The notes under the pieces are model-generated. The model made no database searches. It had not been told where the DNA came from and saw only the letters and a list, made by a program, of their open reading frames with translations. A DNA stretch of 64,000 nucleotides from the NCBI RefSeq assembly GCF_006345805.1, contig NC_043010.1:28458001-28522000 (forward strand), in the 5' to 3' direction. The position numbers and the translations under genes were made by a program. The stretch is from Octopus sinensis (Eukaryota). Positions 14,583-27,304 of this stretch are shown piece after piece; the first letter of the stretch is position 1, and every line of letters begins with the position of its first letter.

Positions 14583-15135
14583 CAAACATCCGTATATAAG
14601 TACAAACAATGTGTACAATAAATATATCTGTGAGTGTATATAAATATATATATAAACACACTTAAGTGTATATAAGTACATATTTCTGTGTGCATATATA
14701 CTTATATGTGTGTGTGTGTATAAGTGAACATATATAAACATCTTCGTTAGAATCAGATTTGGTGAAATACTTTCTCTTTTATTAAAAAAAAGTAACAATA
14801 CACCATAAAAAATCCTTAATAATTATTACAAATGTAACAATTAATATTATTAAAACACAGAATAATTAACGTGCTCTGGAAGAAAGGAAACAAGAAAAAA
14901 ATGTATGCACATAGAACATATATGTGTGTGTGTAGATATACATAAGTATATACACACACATGATGCCATGAAATGGGGGATCAGTTTTGTATTGTAACAA
15001 TATTCAAAAATAACCCCTGTTTTTTTAGCCACAGTTCTTATAAGTACAAATATACACACCACCACCTATACAACATTCTTCGTATATTGGTAGTTGTGTC
15101 GAGAGGGAGAAAAACGGTGTTTATACACAAGATCA

Positions 15136-15167
<32 letters not shown>

Positions 15168-15860
15168 CGTATATATATATATATACGTATAATGTTGGTA
15201 CATATCTATACATACATGAGACAGACAGGGTGGTGGTGGTGATTGTGTCTTGTGTTCCAAGATCTTTTTTTTTCTTTATTTCTTTAAGCAATTCCAGACA
15301 AATGGGTAGAGCGCTCAAAGACACACAAAAAAGAGAAACAAGAAACAAGGCCTTACTTACCGTTGTCGTGTCTGACAAACAGAAACGAAGTGGATTTATC
15401 AGGTCATTGACGTGGTAGCAGCCTTCATCATCACTAGCGTCATCATCATCATCATTACTATCATCATCAACATCAACGTCATCATCATCATCGTCAACAT
15501 AACTATCACTATAATCAATATATGAGTGTGTATATATATAACTATATTCTATATATACATATATATACTCTTAGTATAACAACAGTCCACTTTAATAAAT
15601 CGATGTAGTTATTAAAGTTCCTGTTGTTATCATAACCATTATCTTCATTATTATAACTTACTGTTAATATTGGTGCTGTTAGAATTGGTATTTGGTAACT
15701 GTTTTGTTATAATATATACACATATAAATAATATACACACTGTATCGCATACATACTGCTTTTGGTGGTAGTAGTGAGTTGAACAAGAATTTTCTTAGAA
15801 AGTCTAAACCATCTAATATTTATAAAATCACCACAGAAACACAAATAAACATGTTATGTG

Positions 15861-15894
<34 letters not shown>

Positions 15895-17612
15895 GTATGT
15901 ATGTTTAATTAATCAGAAGTGTACGAGCGTGTATAATATTAAACGCAGAGTTTGAAGAAATTCTGGCTATTTATAGTATTGTAAATACTTGAGTTATATA
16001 TATATGTGTGTATTTTTAAAATGGTGTTTATGTGTGGTTGTGTGTGAGTATATAAAGTTTAAATTCTGAATAGTAAGGTTTTCCTTTTTTTTCCGGGTGT
16101 ATATAGTTCGTTATATTCCAAATCTGTAAGGTTTAAAGGCATATATAATAATAGTAAGAGTTCGGTTTTAAGTCTATAGACATGCAAAACATATATATAT
16201 GAACCTGTGTATATGTATATTTTCCAAGTGGTACTAGTTGGTGTGTTTGTACATTATATATATATATATGTACTTTCTGTGTATATATGTTTTATATATA
16301 TATATATATGTATCTATGTATACATTATGGTGTGTATGTTGGTGTAAATGTTGGCGGTGCTGTAACAGAAAAATTGGTTCACAGTAAGAGCATGAAGAGG
16401 CACCCCAGAAAAAAAAATAGAACCCAGTCTTGTTGTTACTACATATATAAATGTCTCTGTATGAGCGTGTGTGTATATACTTGTATGTATAAATGTTTCT
16501 TTCTTTCGCTTTCTAAGTGTGTGTGTGTTTAACTATCTCTTTCTCACTGTGTGTATATGTATGCATGTGTGTGAGTATATGACCCTTTCTTTCAGTGTGT
16601 GTGCTTATGTGAGTGTAACAGTGTGTGCGCGTGTTTCTGAATGCCAGACTATGTGGATACACAAGCCTTGCCTCTACACACACCACTCGTATATATATAC
16701 ATATATATAATGTGTGTATGTGTATATCTATCTACGGTGTCACATACATATATGTGTTAGCATACGCGCGCCTTTATACGTGTGTATGTGTGTATATAAA
16801 CGTAGTAATGCCCCAGGAAATGGCCTTGACCCTCCTCCCATGCCGCTCCACTTCTCAGTACTGAATATTTAATTACATCTGAATGGTCAAAAATATTTTT
16901 TTCTTTTTTTTATTCTTAAGCTTCTGTCGAAACGGAAAATAAATTATGAACATATTTCTGAATAAAAGTATTGAAAGCGATTGTAAATCTATTTTTAAGC
17001 AAAAATAATATCAGGAGTTATTTTTTATTTTTCTTCAAATTGTTATATCAGTTTTTTTTTGCAGAGCTTAAATATTTTTTATGGTTATATAAAAAAGTTA
17101 TACAGGAAATTTACAATGTCATGCTGGAAAACGAATAGCTTCGAGTACAGTTGCATAAAAAAACGGAAAAAAGAAAATACATATACAAATAACATATAAA
17201 TATGTGAAACATTAATGAATATCTATTTTGTTTTTACTTCACCACAAAATATTTTTAAACTAAAATTTTCGACGAAAGAAAATATATTGTAAACTTCATT
17301 GTGATTTATTTTATATTTGAACAAACAATGAAAAGTTAGTTATGACTGTACATATACGGAAAACGTACATATGTATACATATACTAGTGTGTGCATGTGT
17401 CTGTGTCTGCATGTGTGTATTTGTACACACACGTATACACACATTTAATACTTTTTTTTTTATATTACGTATATTTACATATTTTCTCCCCAAGTCTTGC
17501 ATAGATTGGAATGGAATGTTCTATAAACAGATATTTTGTTCCAAATGATAATAACGATTTATGAATGTCAGAAATTATTTATTTTTTCTTTCTCTTATGT
17601 ATGTATGTATAA

Positions 17613-20600
17613 CCCCACCAAGCTTGCTTGGTGAGGAGGGTGTTTATTGGACACCCTGCGGGATGAAAAACAAAACCCGTCAAAGGGCGGAGGAACTCTT
17701 GAGAGTCAATGGCCATCCAAAAAATGTGGGTTTTTTTTCTTTTTCTTAAGGCTTAAGGCTGTATCATGCGCGGGGACATAGAAATAATCGGACTGAATAC
17801 CCGATCGCGTGGTTAAAACATTGGGAGTGAAGGACTCCTAGCCTTTGTTAGGGCATCCTTCTAGAAGGTAACTCAGGTAACTGGGATAACTCCGACATAA
17901 AACCTGCGGCTCAGTGGTTACCGATGATGTTGACTTGTTCTTTTCGGATTATGGCTGCTGTTGCTTAGTGAGTGGGATTGACTCAGTGCACAGCCTTTCC
18001 TCACTTAAAAAAAATCTTTTTGCACAGGTATTGCACGATAACTACATTGGATTGATTAAAGTGATTAACTAATTCATGACTGTTGATAGTGCTGTGAGTC
18101 TCAACTGAATGGCTGACTGTAGCCTTAAAAAGCAAAAATCAATGATGTACCAAAACAGTATAAAAATAAATGGCAGTAAGGACTCTGGAACCACATCGGC
18201 TGAAAGAGTCTGGCCCGGTAGGGGCTCCAGAGCATCACAATCTGAAACTGGCCGTCATCATGCTACTGTGATAGAACCAAAGAAAATAATGACTATTGGG
18301 TCTTGGAATGTACGGACACTGCTTGACCACAAGTCCTCTGAATGTCCTGAAAGAAGGACTGCGCTTGTTGCGAAGGAGCTTCAACGCTATGATCTTGACA
18401 TCGTTGCTTTATCTGAGACGAGATTACCTGGAGATGGTCATCTTACAGAATCTTGTGGAAAATATACATTCGTTTGGAAAGAGGGAGAGGAAGAGCTTAG
18501 AAGAGAAGCTGGAGTGGCATTTGCTGTTAAGACTACTCTTGTGGACAAGTTGGAAGAATTCTCAATCGGAATTAACGAGCGTCTTATGTCCATGAGAATT
18601 CCTTTGGCTAAAGGAAATTATATGACCTTGGTGAGTATGTATGCTCCAACTATGTGCTATACTGATGACGAAAAACTTTCTTTCTACCATGCTTTGAAGG
18701 GCATTATAAGAAATATCCCTCGGGCAGACAAGGTCATTGTTCTGGGTGACTTTAATGCTAGAGTGGGTAGGGATTTTAACACATGGACTGTAATTGGAAA
18801 GCATGGGGTGGGGAAGTGTAATAGCAATGGCATGCTTTTGCTGCAGACGTGTGAGGAGCTGAGTCTGTGTGTTACAAATACCATGTTTCAACAAAAGAAT
18901 AAGACTACATGGATGCACCCTGCATCTAAAGAATGGCATATTCTGGATTACATCCTAGTTAGGGTGCGTGACAGACAGGATGTGCAGTGTGTTCGTGTTC
19001 TTCGTGGAGCTGAGTGTTGGACTGACCACCGCCTAGTACGTGCAAAAGTGAAATTAGTCACAAAACATAAAATATGAGCTGCAGAGATGACCCTGCCTAA
19101 GAGACTGGATGTTGATCGTCTTAGGTATAATAGTGTGAAGAGAACTTTACGAGAGGAAATGAATGCTGCAGATATTGGGGAGGATTGGCCGACCTTAAAA
19201 GAGTTAGTTTATGATATAGGCAAAAAAGTTCTGGGATTGATACAAAGAAAGCATCAAGATTGGTTCAAAGAAAATGATGAACATATAGATTATTTATTGG
19301 CTGATAAAAGACGTACTTTGTCACGCTATTTGTCAGCAAAGTCACAGGAAAGGGAAGTGTTGCATAGGGAACTCAAGGACGTAAAACACGTGTGAGGCAA
19401 AAGCTCTCTCAGATGAGGGATACGTGGTGGAGTAAGAAGGCTGACGAGATACAGGCGGCATCAGATTCCAATAACACAAAGCTGTTGTATGGTCTCTTGC
19501 GAGAAGTTTATGGACCGACATCTTCCCTGATGGCACCAATTCGAAGCAGGGATGGTGAAGAACTTCTTCGTGATTCACAAGGAATTCTGCAAAGGTGGCA
19601 AGAACACTTTGATGAACTTTTGAATCAGCAGTCTGTAGTTAGTGAGGATGTTCTCAATCTCATCCCTGGATTGCCTGTGAAGGCAGCACTCGCAGAACCA
19701 CCAAAGTTGGAAGAAGTTGCAATGGCTGTCTCAAGATTGAATAATGGGAAGTCTCCGAGTATGGATGGCATACATGCGGAGTTGTTACAGCATGGTGGTG
19801 GGAAACTTCTGCAGAAACTTCACTCTTTGTTTGGTAAGGTATGGACTAGTGAATCTGTACCTGAGGACTGGAGAGATGCAGTAATGGTGGTCCTGTATAA
19901 GGGAAAGGGCAACAGGAATGATTGTGGTAATTATAGGGGAATATCATTGCTGTCTGCTGTATGAAAGGTTTTATGCAGGATACTTCTGGATCGTCTGCTG
20001 AAATATATTGCAGATTGTGTTCTTCCAGAAAGTCAATCTGGCTTTCGTGTGGGACGCGGCACTGCTGTTATGATCTTTTCAGCTAGACAGCTTCAGGAAA
20101 AGTGTGTGGAACAGGGTCTGGATTTGTATCAGGTTTTTGTCGATCTGACAAAAGCCTTTGATACCGTCAATAGAAAAGCATTGTGGAAAGTCCTCCAGAA
20201 ACTTGGGTGTCCTGAAAAGTTCCTTGCTTTGGTTAGGTCTTTTCATGAAGACATGAATGGTAGGGTGAATGTTAGAGGGAAAATGTCGGAGCCCATTTCA
20301 ATACAAAATTGAGTGAAACGGGGATATTCTGGCACCGACCCTATTTTCCATATATTTCGCGATGGTGTTCTGTATTGCATTCAGAAACTACAGTTACGGT
20401 GTTTACGTCCATTATCGAACCTCTGGCAGCATATTTAATATCAGGCGCCTTGCTGCAAAAACAAAGATATTTACCTCTATCATAAGAGACCTTTTGTATG
20501 CTGATGATTGTGAGCTAGTAGCACACACAGAGATTGATATGCAACACATTTTGAATGCATTCTCTGATGCTTGCACTGCCTTAGGATCGACAGTCAATCT

Positions 20601-21742
20601 CAAGAAAACTGTTGTCATGCATCAACCTGCCCCTGGTAAGCAGTATAGTGTGCCAAATATCTATGTGAATGGTAAACGACTTGATGTAGTCGATCAGTTT
20701 GTCTACCTGGGAAGCACTATTAATAGATATGGCAATGTGGATGATGAATTTCCATATAGAATTAGGAAAGCAAGTGTTGCTTTCGGAAGGCTAGAAAAGC
20801 GCCTCTGGAGTCGGCAAGACATATACAGAAAGACAAAGATAAAGGTGTACAAGGCATGTGTGCTCCCTTCTCTTCTCTATGCCTGCGAGACGTGGATCAC
20901 GTATTGATACCACCTTAAACATCTGGAACGTTTCCATCAGATGTGCCTCAGACAGATCTATAGCATTAAGTGGAAGGACCGCATCAGTGATCTTGAAATA
21001 CTCGAAGGCTCTCGGTGTGAAAGTATAGAAGCTCTTGTGTTAAAGCAAAGGCTCAGATGGAGTGGTCATCTGGTCAGAATGAAGGATTCAAGGATGCCAA
21101 AACAACTCTTTCATGGAGAGTTAGCTAAAGGAGAATGACCTCCACATAAACCAAAAAAGAGGTATAAGGACTTGCTGGAGGCTTCCTTAAGAGATGCTTG
21201 CATCTCTCCTGACACATGGGAAGGCATAGCTATTGATCGTAGCAGGTGGAGAAGGATTGTGCATGAGGGACAGCCACGTTTGAGAAATCTTGAGTTGCAC
21301 ATGAGAAAGTAAGGAGGGGTGTCAGGAAGGGCATCGCTGTTACACTTCCAGAAGGGAAGGGTCTTCCTTTGATTCTGACATGCAATGTCTGTGCAAGACC
21401 CTGCCTCAGTAAAGCTGGACTCATGAGTCATCTTCGTAGTCATAAAACGAGACAGATGAGTGACAACTTGGCCACTGGTGGTGGTGTAACACACCATACT
21501 AATCATATCTGTCGGGCATATGGAAGACAGTGTAATTCGGCAGGAGGACTTAAACGACATGCAAAGGTACATGAAGCCCAGTTACAACAACAGCCGGCTA
21601 TTACCAGTAAAGGTCTTAGTTGCCAATTTTGTACAAGACATTGTAGATCTTTAGCTGGGCTAAAAAGTCACATTCGATCACAGCACCAGTAACAGTTAAG
21701 CTTCGTGCAATGGCCATACTCGATAACGAGGGGGCAGCCATA
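17613..21742 (+). mobile_element. Near full-length RTE-clade LINE (single ORF APE-RT plus three C2H2 fingers), inactivated by stops and frameshifts
   Basis: Endonuclease motifs IGSWNVRTL, ALSETRL, VLGDFNARVG, ILDYILV, TDHRLV. RT motifs NYRGISLLS, VFVDLTKAFDTVNR, LLYADD (20497-20508), LLYACETW, RLRWSGHLVRM. The 12-bp TSD atgtatgtataa lies at 17601-17612 and 21743-21754. In-frame stops end the ORF pieces at 19077, 19964, 20312, 20907 and 21138. Confidence 0.95.
21369..21692 (+). pseudogene. C-terminal triple C2H2 zinc-finger segment of the RTE ORF
   Basis: CNVCARPCLSKAGLMSHLRSH; CRAYGRQCNSAGGLKRHAKVH (second Cys now Tyr); CQFCTRHCRSLAGLKSHIRSQH. The segment lies inside the TSD-bounded element. 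Confidence 0.8.
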
Positions 21743-22127
21743 ATGTATGTATAAGTATATGCATATACATACATATACACATGTATACTCTTTTAATTGT
21801 TTCAGTCATTTAACTGCGGCCATACTGGAGCACCCCGGGACTTATTCTTTGTAAGCCTAGTTTCTTTTGCTGAACCGCTAAGTGGCGGGGACATAAACAC
21901 ACCAGCATCGGTTGTCAAGCAATGCTAGGGGGATAAACACAGACACACAAACATACACACACACATATATATATACATATATAAGGCGGGCTTCTTGGAA
22001 CTTCCATCTACCAAATCCACTCACAAAAGCTTTGGTCGGTCCGAAGCTATAGTAGAAGACACTGGGACTGAACCCAGAACCATGTGGTTCGTAAGCAAGC
22101 CACTTACCACACAGCAACTCCCACGCC

Positions 22128-22345
22128 TCTGGCAGAAACGTTAGCACGCCGGGCGAAATGCGTAGCCGTATTTCGTCTGCCGTTACATTCTGAGTTCAAA
22201 TTCCGCCGAGGTCGACTTTGCCTTTCATCCTTTCGGGGTCGATAAATTAAGTACCAGTTACGCACTGAGGTCGATATAATCGACTTAATACTTTGTCCTT
22301 GTTTGTCCCCTCTATGTTTAGCCCCTTGTGGGTAATAAAGAAATA
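22128..22345 (+). mobile_element. tRNA-derived SINE family A (Meta/MESC-like central domain), representative copy
   Basis: ctggcagaaacgttagcacg...gagttcaaattcc (B box)...gtcgactttgcctttcatcctttcggggtcgataaattaagtaccag. Other copies at about 4534-4696(-), 6250-6455(-), 10250-10460, 35605-35815, 36380-36550(-), 37513-37666, 37818-38048, 49583-49797, 49808-50010, 53405-53612(-) and 54105-54235. The domain name is from memory. Confidence 0.8.
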
Positions 22346-22467
22346 TATATATATACATATATAATATATCACGGGAAGGTTTACGAAAATAAACAAAAGA
22401 CGAAGGCAGGTGGAATACAAACAAACAATTGTATTAGTATGGCGCTCAGGAATAGAAATAAAACAAG

Positions 22468-22505
22468 TCTTTTACGTTTCGAGCCTACGCTCTTCGACAG
22501 AAAGA
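22468..22505 (-). ncRNA. Minimal type I hammerhead ribozyme-like motif in a Penelope-like terminal repeat fragment (about 22365-22570)
   Basis: The minus strand reads UCUUU-CUGUCGA-A-GAGC-GUAG-GCUC-GAAAC-GUA-AAAGA. Stem I is UCUUU/AAAGA, stem II is GAGC/GCUC, stem III is the palindromic ACGU, and the cleavage triplet is GUA. Core position 6 is U instead of A. Confidence 0.6.
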
Positions 22506-22661
22506 TACACAGAAAAGAAACAAGGAGAGAAAAAAATGCGTGTAGGAGCTAACGGTCCAACATGGCGTTCTTATGTATATATACACGTAGACACATACGC
22601 ACGCACAAACACATATACCAATACACACCCATGCATATGTAATCATATATATATATATATA

Positions 22662-23079
22662 TGTAACGTGAAAGGATCTATCATCGAAGCACTGGCAGGG
22701 TGTCGAGATCCTTTCTAGTCACATACAAAAATTCTTGTAGAAAACAAACAGACGAAACTCAGGTTAAAGGTGAACAGACAACTTGGTTTATTGATTCATG
22801 GTTGTACGTTGTCTGATGGGGGAATAGACAGCCTCTGATATACTGCTGGTGTTGGTCGTTGAGGTTGGTTGAAGTTGGTTGAAGTTGGTGTGTGGCTGTC
22901 AGAGCCAGGAAAACCGTGACCGATCGCAGTGCTGTCTTGAGCCGAAGAGAGAGATTTGAGGTTCGCGGGCTCGAGAGATGTTTTCCCGCACATGCGCATG
23001 GGGAAGACTTCCGGTGGCCACCCGGAAGTAGTCCCATTCTGCGCATGCGCGCCGAACCCTACACTGTAGCATCACTACA
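22662..23079 (-). repeat. 3' LTR of the Gypsy element
   Basis: Adjacent to the PPT. It matches 27305-27722 with no difference I could find. Confidence 0.95.
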
Positions 23080-23203
23080 GGGCTCCCCTCCGAGTGCGAA
23101 GTACGGCAACCAGAATATTGTGGTGGTGCTGCAGAAAACAGAAGGCTTGCCGATCCCCAGAAGACTTGGTACATACTATTATACAATAAGAAACATTTTA
23201 AAG

Positions 23204-26200
23204 TTAAATGTAAATTGTTTTTGAAAGTTTCTTGGGCCAATGCACTGTTCTGCCCGATTTTGTAACATACGGTGTGCTCGGGGCACCCGTTGACGGCGAG
23301 GGTGGTGTTGTAGGAGCCGGTGAAGGTGATTGTGCAGGTGAAGGCGTTTGTGCAGGTGAAGGCGTTTGTGCAGGTGAAAGTGTTGTTAAAGGTGCATAGG
23401 TGGGTGTGTCAAGGTTGTCATCAAAAGATGAAGACGTCTCAAAATGTGCCTTTTTTAAACGGTCCACGGAAACGGTCTCCGAACGACCATTTATCTCAAT
23501 CGTGAAAACCTTTGGTGTGCGAGAAAGCACACGAAAAGGTCCTTTATAGGGAGAAACAAGTGGGCCCTTCACAGAATCGTCCCGAACAAAAACATGCGAC
23601 CAGGTGTTCATATCCGGTGGAAGATGGGACGGTGGAGATTGCTTTCTGGGAAGCATGGGCGGAAGGTTTGAAAAATATTCCCGCAGTCTGGTGACATAGG
23701 TCGCCGGATCATGGGGCGGGGAAGTGTCTGGCACCAACATCGTACCGGGCAATGCCAGTGTGGTACCATACAGCAGCTCTGCAGCAGAAAATCCCAGGTC
23801 TGCCTTGACAGCAGTCCGACAGCCGAGAAGCACAATGGGCAGAAATTCGATCCAGGACTGTGGGTCCGAAGAGGCACGAAGAGCGGCCTTGAGCTGTCTA
23901 TGGAACCGCTCAACCAATCCATTAGACGCTGGATGGTAGCTAGCTTGTGGTGTGGATATGGTGCATACCCAAAATTCGCGACAATTCGCGAAATAGCGAG
24001 GCCTCAAACTGTCGTCCACGATCAGTTGTCAATCGGGACGGGACTCCGAAGCGAGAAATCCAGTTTGAAACGAAAGCTCGCGCAACAGTCTCAGCAGAAA
24101 TGTCTGCTATCGGAATGGCTTCTGGCCAGCGGGAGAAACGATCGACACAAGTTAATAGATAAGAGAACCCGCGACTCACAGGCCATGGTCCAACCAGATC
24201 GATGTGGACATGGCGAAAACGGGCCTCCGTGGGGGGAAATTGTCCAAGCGGGGCACGAACGTGCCGTTGAATCTTGGATCGTTGACACTTGGAGCAGGTG
24301 CGTGTCCAAGAAGTAATTGTGCGACGCATATTCGGCCAGAAAAAACGAGCAGTGATTAGTTGAGGGTGGCAGCGATGCCAGGATGTGATAAGGAGTGCAG
24401 TGCTTCAAACACTGAGCGTTGATGGGTCTCAGGCACCAGTGGCCTGGGAGATCCAGTTGAAGTGTCACAAAGAATGGTGCCTTCGGCTGACGGAAGCGGA
24501 AGGTAGGAAAACTGGCAACAGGAGAACTTGGGAGAAGTTAAATCTAACGACGCCAAAGGTGGCTGCTCCTGCGATATGGCAGCTAAGTCGATAGCAGCAG
24601 GAGACGAAAGGGCGCAAACTGGAAGGCGAGAGAGAGCGTCAGCAGGAACGTTCTCTTTTCCAGGTATGTGTCGAATGTTGCTAGTAAATTGAGAGATAAA
24701 ATCCAGGTGCCGAAAAGCACGGGGTGAGAGTTTGTCCGTTTTTTAAAACAGGGCAAACGTAAGGGGCTTGTGATCCGTATAGATCACAAAACCTCGCCCT
24801 TCAAGTTGATGCTGGAAATGACGAACCGATAGATAGATCGCTAGGAGCTCACGATCAAAGGTGCTGTATCGTCGTTCAGCTGGTTGCAGTTGACGGGAAA
24901 AGAAGGCTAGAGGTCGAACATGGTCATCCACTGTGTGTTGTAACACAGCGCCAATGGCAGTGTCCGATGCGTCCACAGTCAAAGAGAGAGAAGCACCAGG
25001 AACTGGATGTGCAAGCAAAGAAACAGAAGCCAGCTCCTCTTAATGGACTCAAAGGCTGTCACTGCCTCAACAGAGAGGGTGACTTGACTGTCCTTTCTAG
25101 GAGAGTCCTTTAACAGCCTGGTGAGAGGTAGCAGCTTATCTGCACAACCGGGAATGAAGCGTCGGTAGAAATTGACCATCCCTAGATAATGCCTGAGCTG
25201 GCGCAAGGAAGTGGGGGGTGCGATGCGTTGAATGGCATCGACTTTTGACGAGAGGGGGCTGATTCCAGTCGAATCAATATGATGCCCTAGAAAATCTAGG
25301 GAAGAGCGTCCGAAAACACACTTGTCGGGGTTATGCGTATGCTATACGCGCGAAGACGCTGGAAGAGTTGAGAAAGGTGCCGGAGATGATTTTCTCGTGT
25401 GTCGCTCGCAATGAGTATGTCATCGACATAGGCAAACACAAAATCAAGACCGCGGACAACCTCATCAATGAAACGCTGGAAGGTGCTAGTAGCATTCCGC
25501 AAACCGAAACTCATGTACAAAAACTCAAAACACCCAAACGGGGTAGTGATTGCAGTTTTGGAACGTCGGCTGGGTTGACCGGTATTTGGTGGTAAGCGCG
25601 TATCAGATCGACCTTCGAAAAAATGGTACAACCATGGAGATTTGCTGTAAAGTCCCGGAGATTTCTAATCGGATAGCGATCGGCTATTGTGACGGCATTG
25701 AGGCGTCGATAGTCTCCAACCGGGCGAAAATCAGACTCGCCCTTTCGCGCCAAATGAAGGGGAGATGCCCATGGGCTGGTGGAGGGGCGTATAATGCCAA
25801 GTTGAAGCATGTGCTCAAACTCGGCTCTGGCCGTTTTAAGTCGGTCTGGCGCTAGGCGCCGGGGGCGTGAGAATACAGGTGGCCCATTGGTGGTGATGAA
25901 ATGGAGGGTCGAGTGGGTAGGATTTTCCGGTTTAAAGGCAATGTCCACTAGCTCCGGAAATGAAACCAAAAGAGAGTGAAATGGGTCTCCAGAGGTGGCA
26001 ACAAAGAATGTCGGGCTAAGGACCGCAGTGGTGGAACTCCCAGTCGGTGTAGTGTAGAGAGCGACGTCGTGCTATCAAGAAGCCTCCGACGCCTGACATC
26101 CACCAATAGGTTAAACCTATCCAGGAAATCAGCGCCGAGAATAGGATGTGGGATGTCAGCGATGACGAAAACCCATCGAAAGTCTCGGCGAAGGTTGAGG

Positions 26201-26400
26201 TTGAGGCGCAGCGAAATCTGACCGTAAGTGGTTATGGGAGACGAGTCAATAGCATGCAAGACAATCGAAGAGCGCTTCGGCTTGTCTGCAGCCAGACGAA
26301 GGGGCCAGATGCTGCAACAGGAACCGGTGTCTACCATGAAGAATGTCTTCGACACCAGATCTTTTACATAGAATGCACGATGTTTGGGAAACGAGATGGA
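23204..26400 (-). pseudogene. Gypsy pol (PR-RT-RNase H-integrase), split across several frames
   Basis: ORF-track pieces 25948-26469, 25511-25969, 25296-25631, 24979-25206, 24743-25018, 24356-24556, 23940-24329 and 23204-24019 carry consecutive pol motifs. Confidence 0.9.
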
Positions 26401-26429
26401 AGAAGGTGACGTGCTCACCTCCTCCGGAT

Positions 26430-26914
26430 TTAGTTTTCCGAGGGCTTGAAAGTGCACGGCTGGGTACACCGATCTGCCCTTTTGGTAGAGCGACTACGAC
26501 TGCGTTGTCGGCGCTCGATCGCACGGGATAGATCGTCGATTCGCCGCGTGAGCGCATCAATCCGCTCGGCTAGTGAAATTTGCGCAGGGCCCCCTATACA
26601 TGCACAGAGGCCTCGCGATGGAGATGGATTCGGAAATTCCAGTATTCCATCGGCCATCGTGGCAATCTGAATATTGCTCTCCCCCGAACGTGTGTTGCGG
26701 CGGAGGAGGATTTCTGCTTTCACAGACGCGTATGTGGCATCCGGGTGGGGACTTATTATTAGATCCCTGATCGATGCGGCGAGTCGGGGATGTAAGCCGG
26801 AATATAGCAGGTGCAACTGCTGCTGTGGAGAAATGGCATGTGCAACAAAATACCACTCCACTTGGGCAACCACAGGCCCATATCCCCCGTAAATGAAGGC
26901 AAACCTGAAGCCAT
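26430..26914 (-). pseudogene. Gypsy gag, frameshifted and apparently shortened
   Basis: ATG at 26914 gives MASGLPSFTGDMGLW, then a frameshift into AQVEWYF...ATMADGILE...RQRSRSRS...CTQPCTF. It is only about 160 codons with an incomplete Cys/His knuckle. Confidence 0.65.
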
Positions 26915-27304
26915 GCCTTTGTCGGAAGGAATCTGTGAGAAGGGGGCAGAAGGTATGGTCTAGAAGTGGAGAGAGAACACGTGGAACCGAGAAGGCAATT
27001 CAAAATTTGTTGTGTGTGCACCTCGTGGGTAGCAAAAAAAGGAATAGGTGTGTACAAGGAAAACAAAATACAGAAAAGGAAAAAAAAAAAAATGAATGTG
27101 TGTGTGTGTTTTCTTTTTCTTTGTTTTTTTTTTTTTTTTTTTGTACTGTGTGCGATGAATAAGGCTATTTTACCCACCTCGCCGTGCTGAAAAGGAGAAA
27201 ATAGGAAAATAAATGTGAATTTCCGCGCTCTTCGGCCCCAAAAAAAAACCTGTTCGCTGTGTCTTCTTCTATCCTGTTCTTTTTCTCAACTAGGGGTCAC
27301 CAAT

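Noticed and set aside
12620-17550. Many ORFs rich in Y/I/C/V/H/T
   Set aside because: They are translations of (TA)n, (TG)n and (TACA)n microsatellites. The same applies to ORFs at about 33.7, 47.4, 54.2 and 61.3 kb.
21369-21692. Stand-alone host C2H2 zinc-finger gene
   Set aside because: It lies inside the TSD-bounded RTE, immediately before the element's 3' end.
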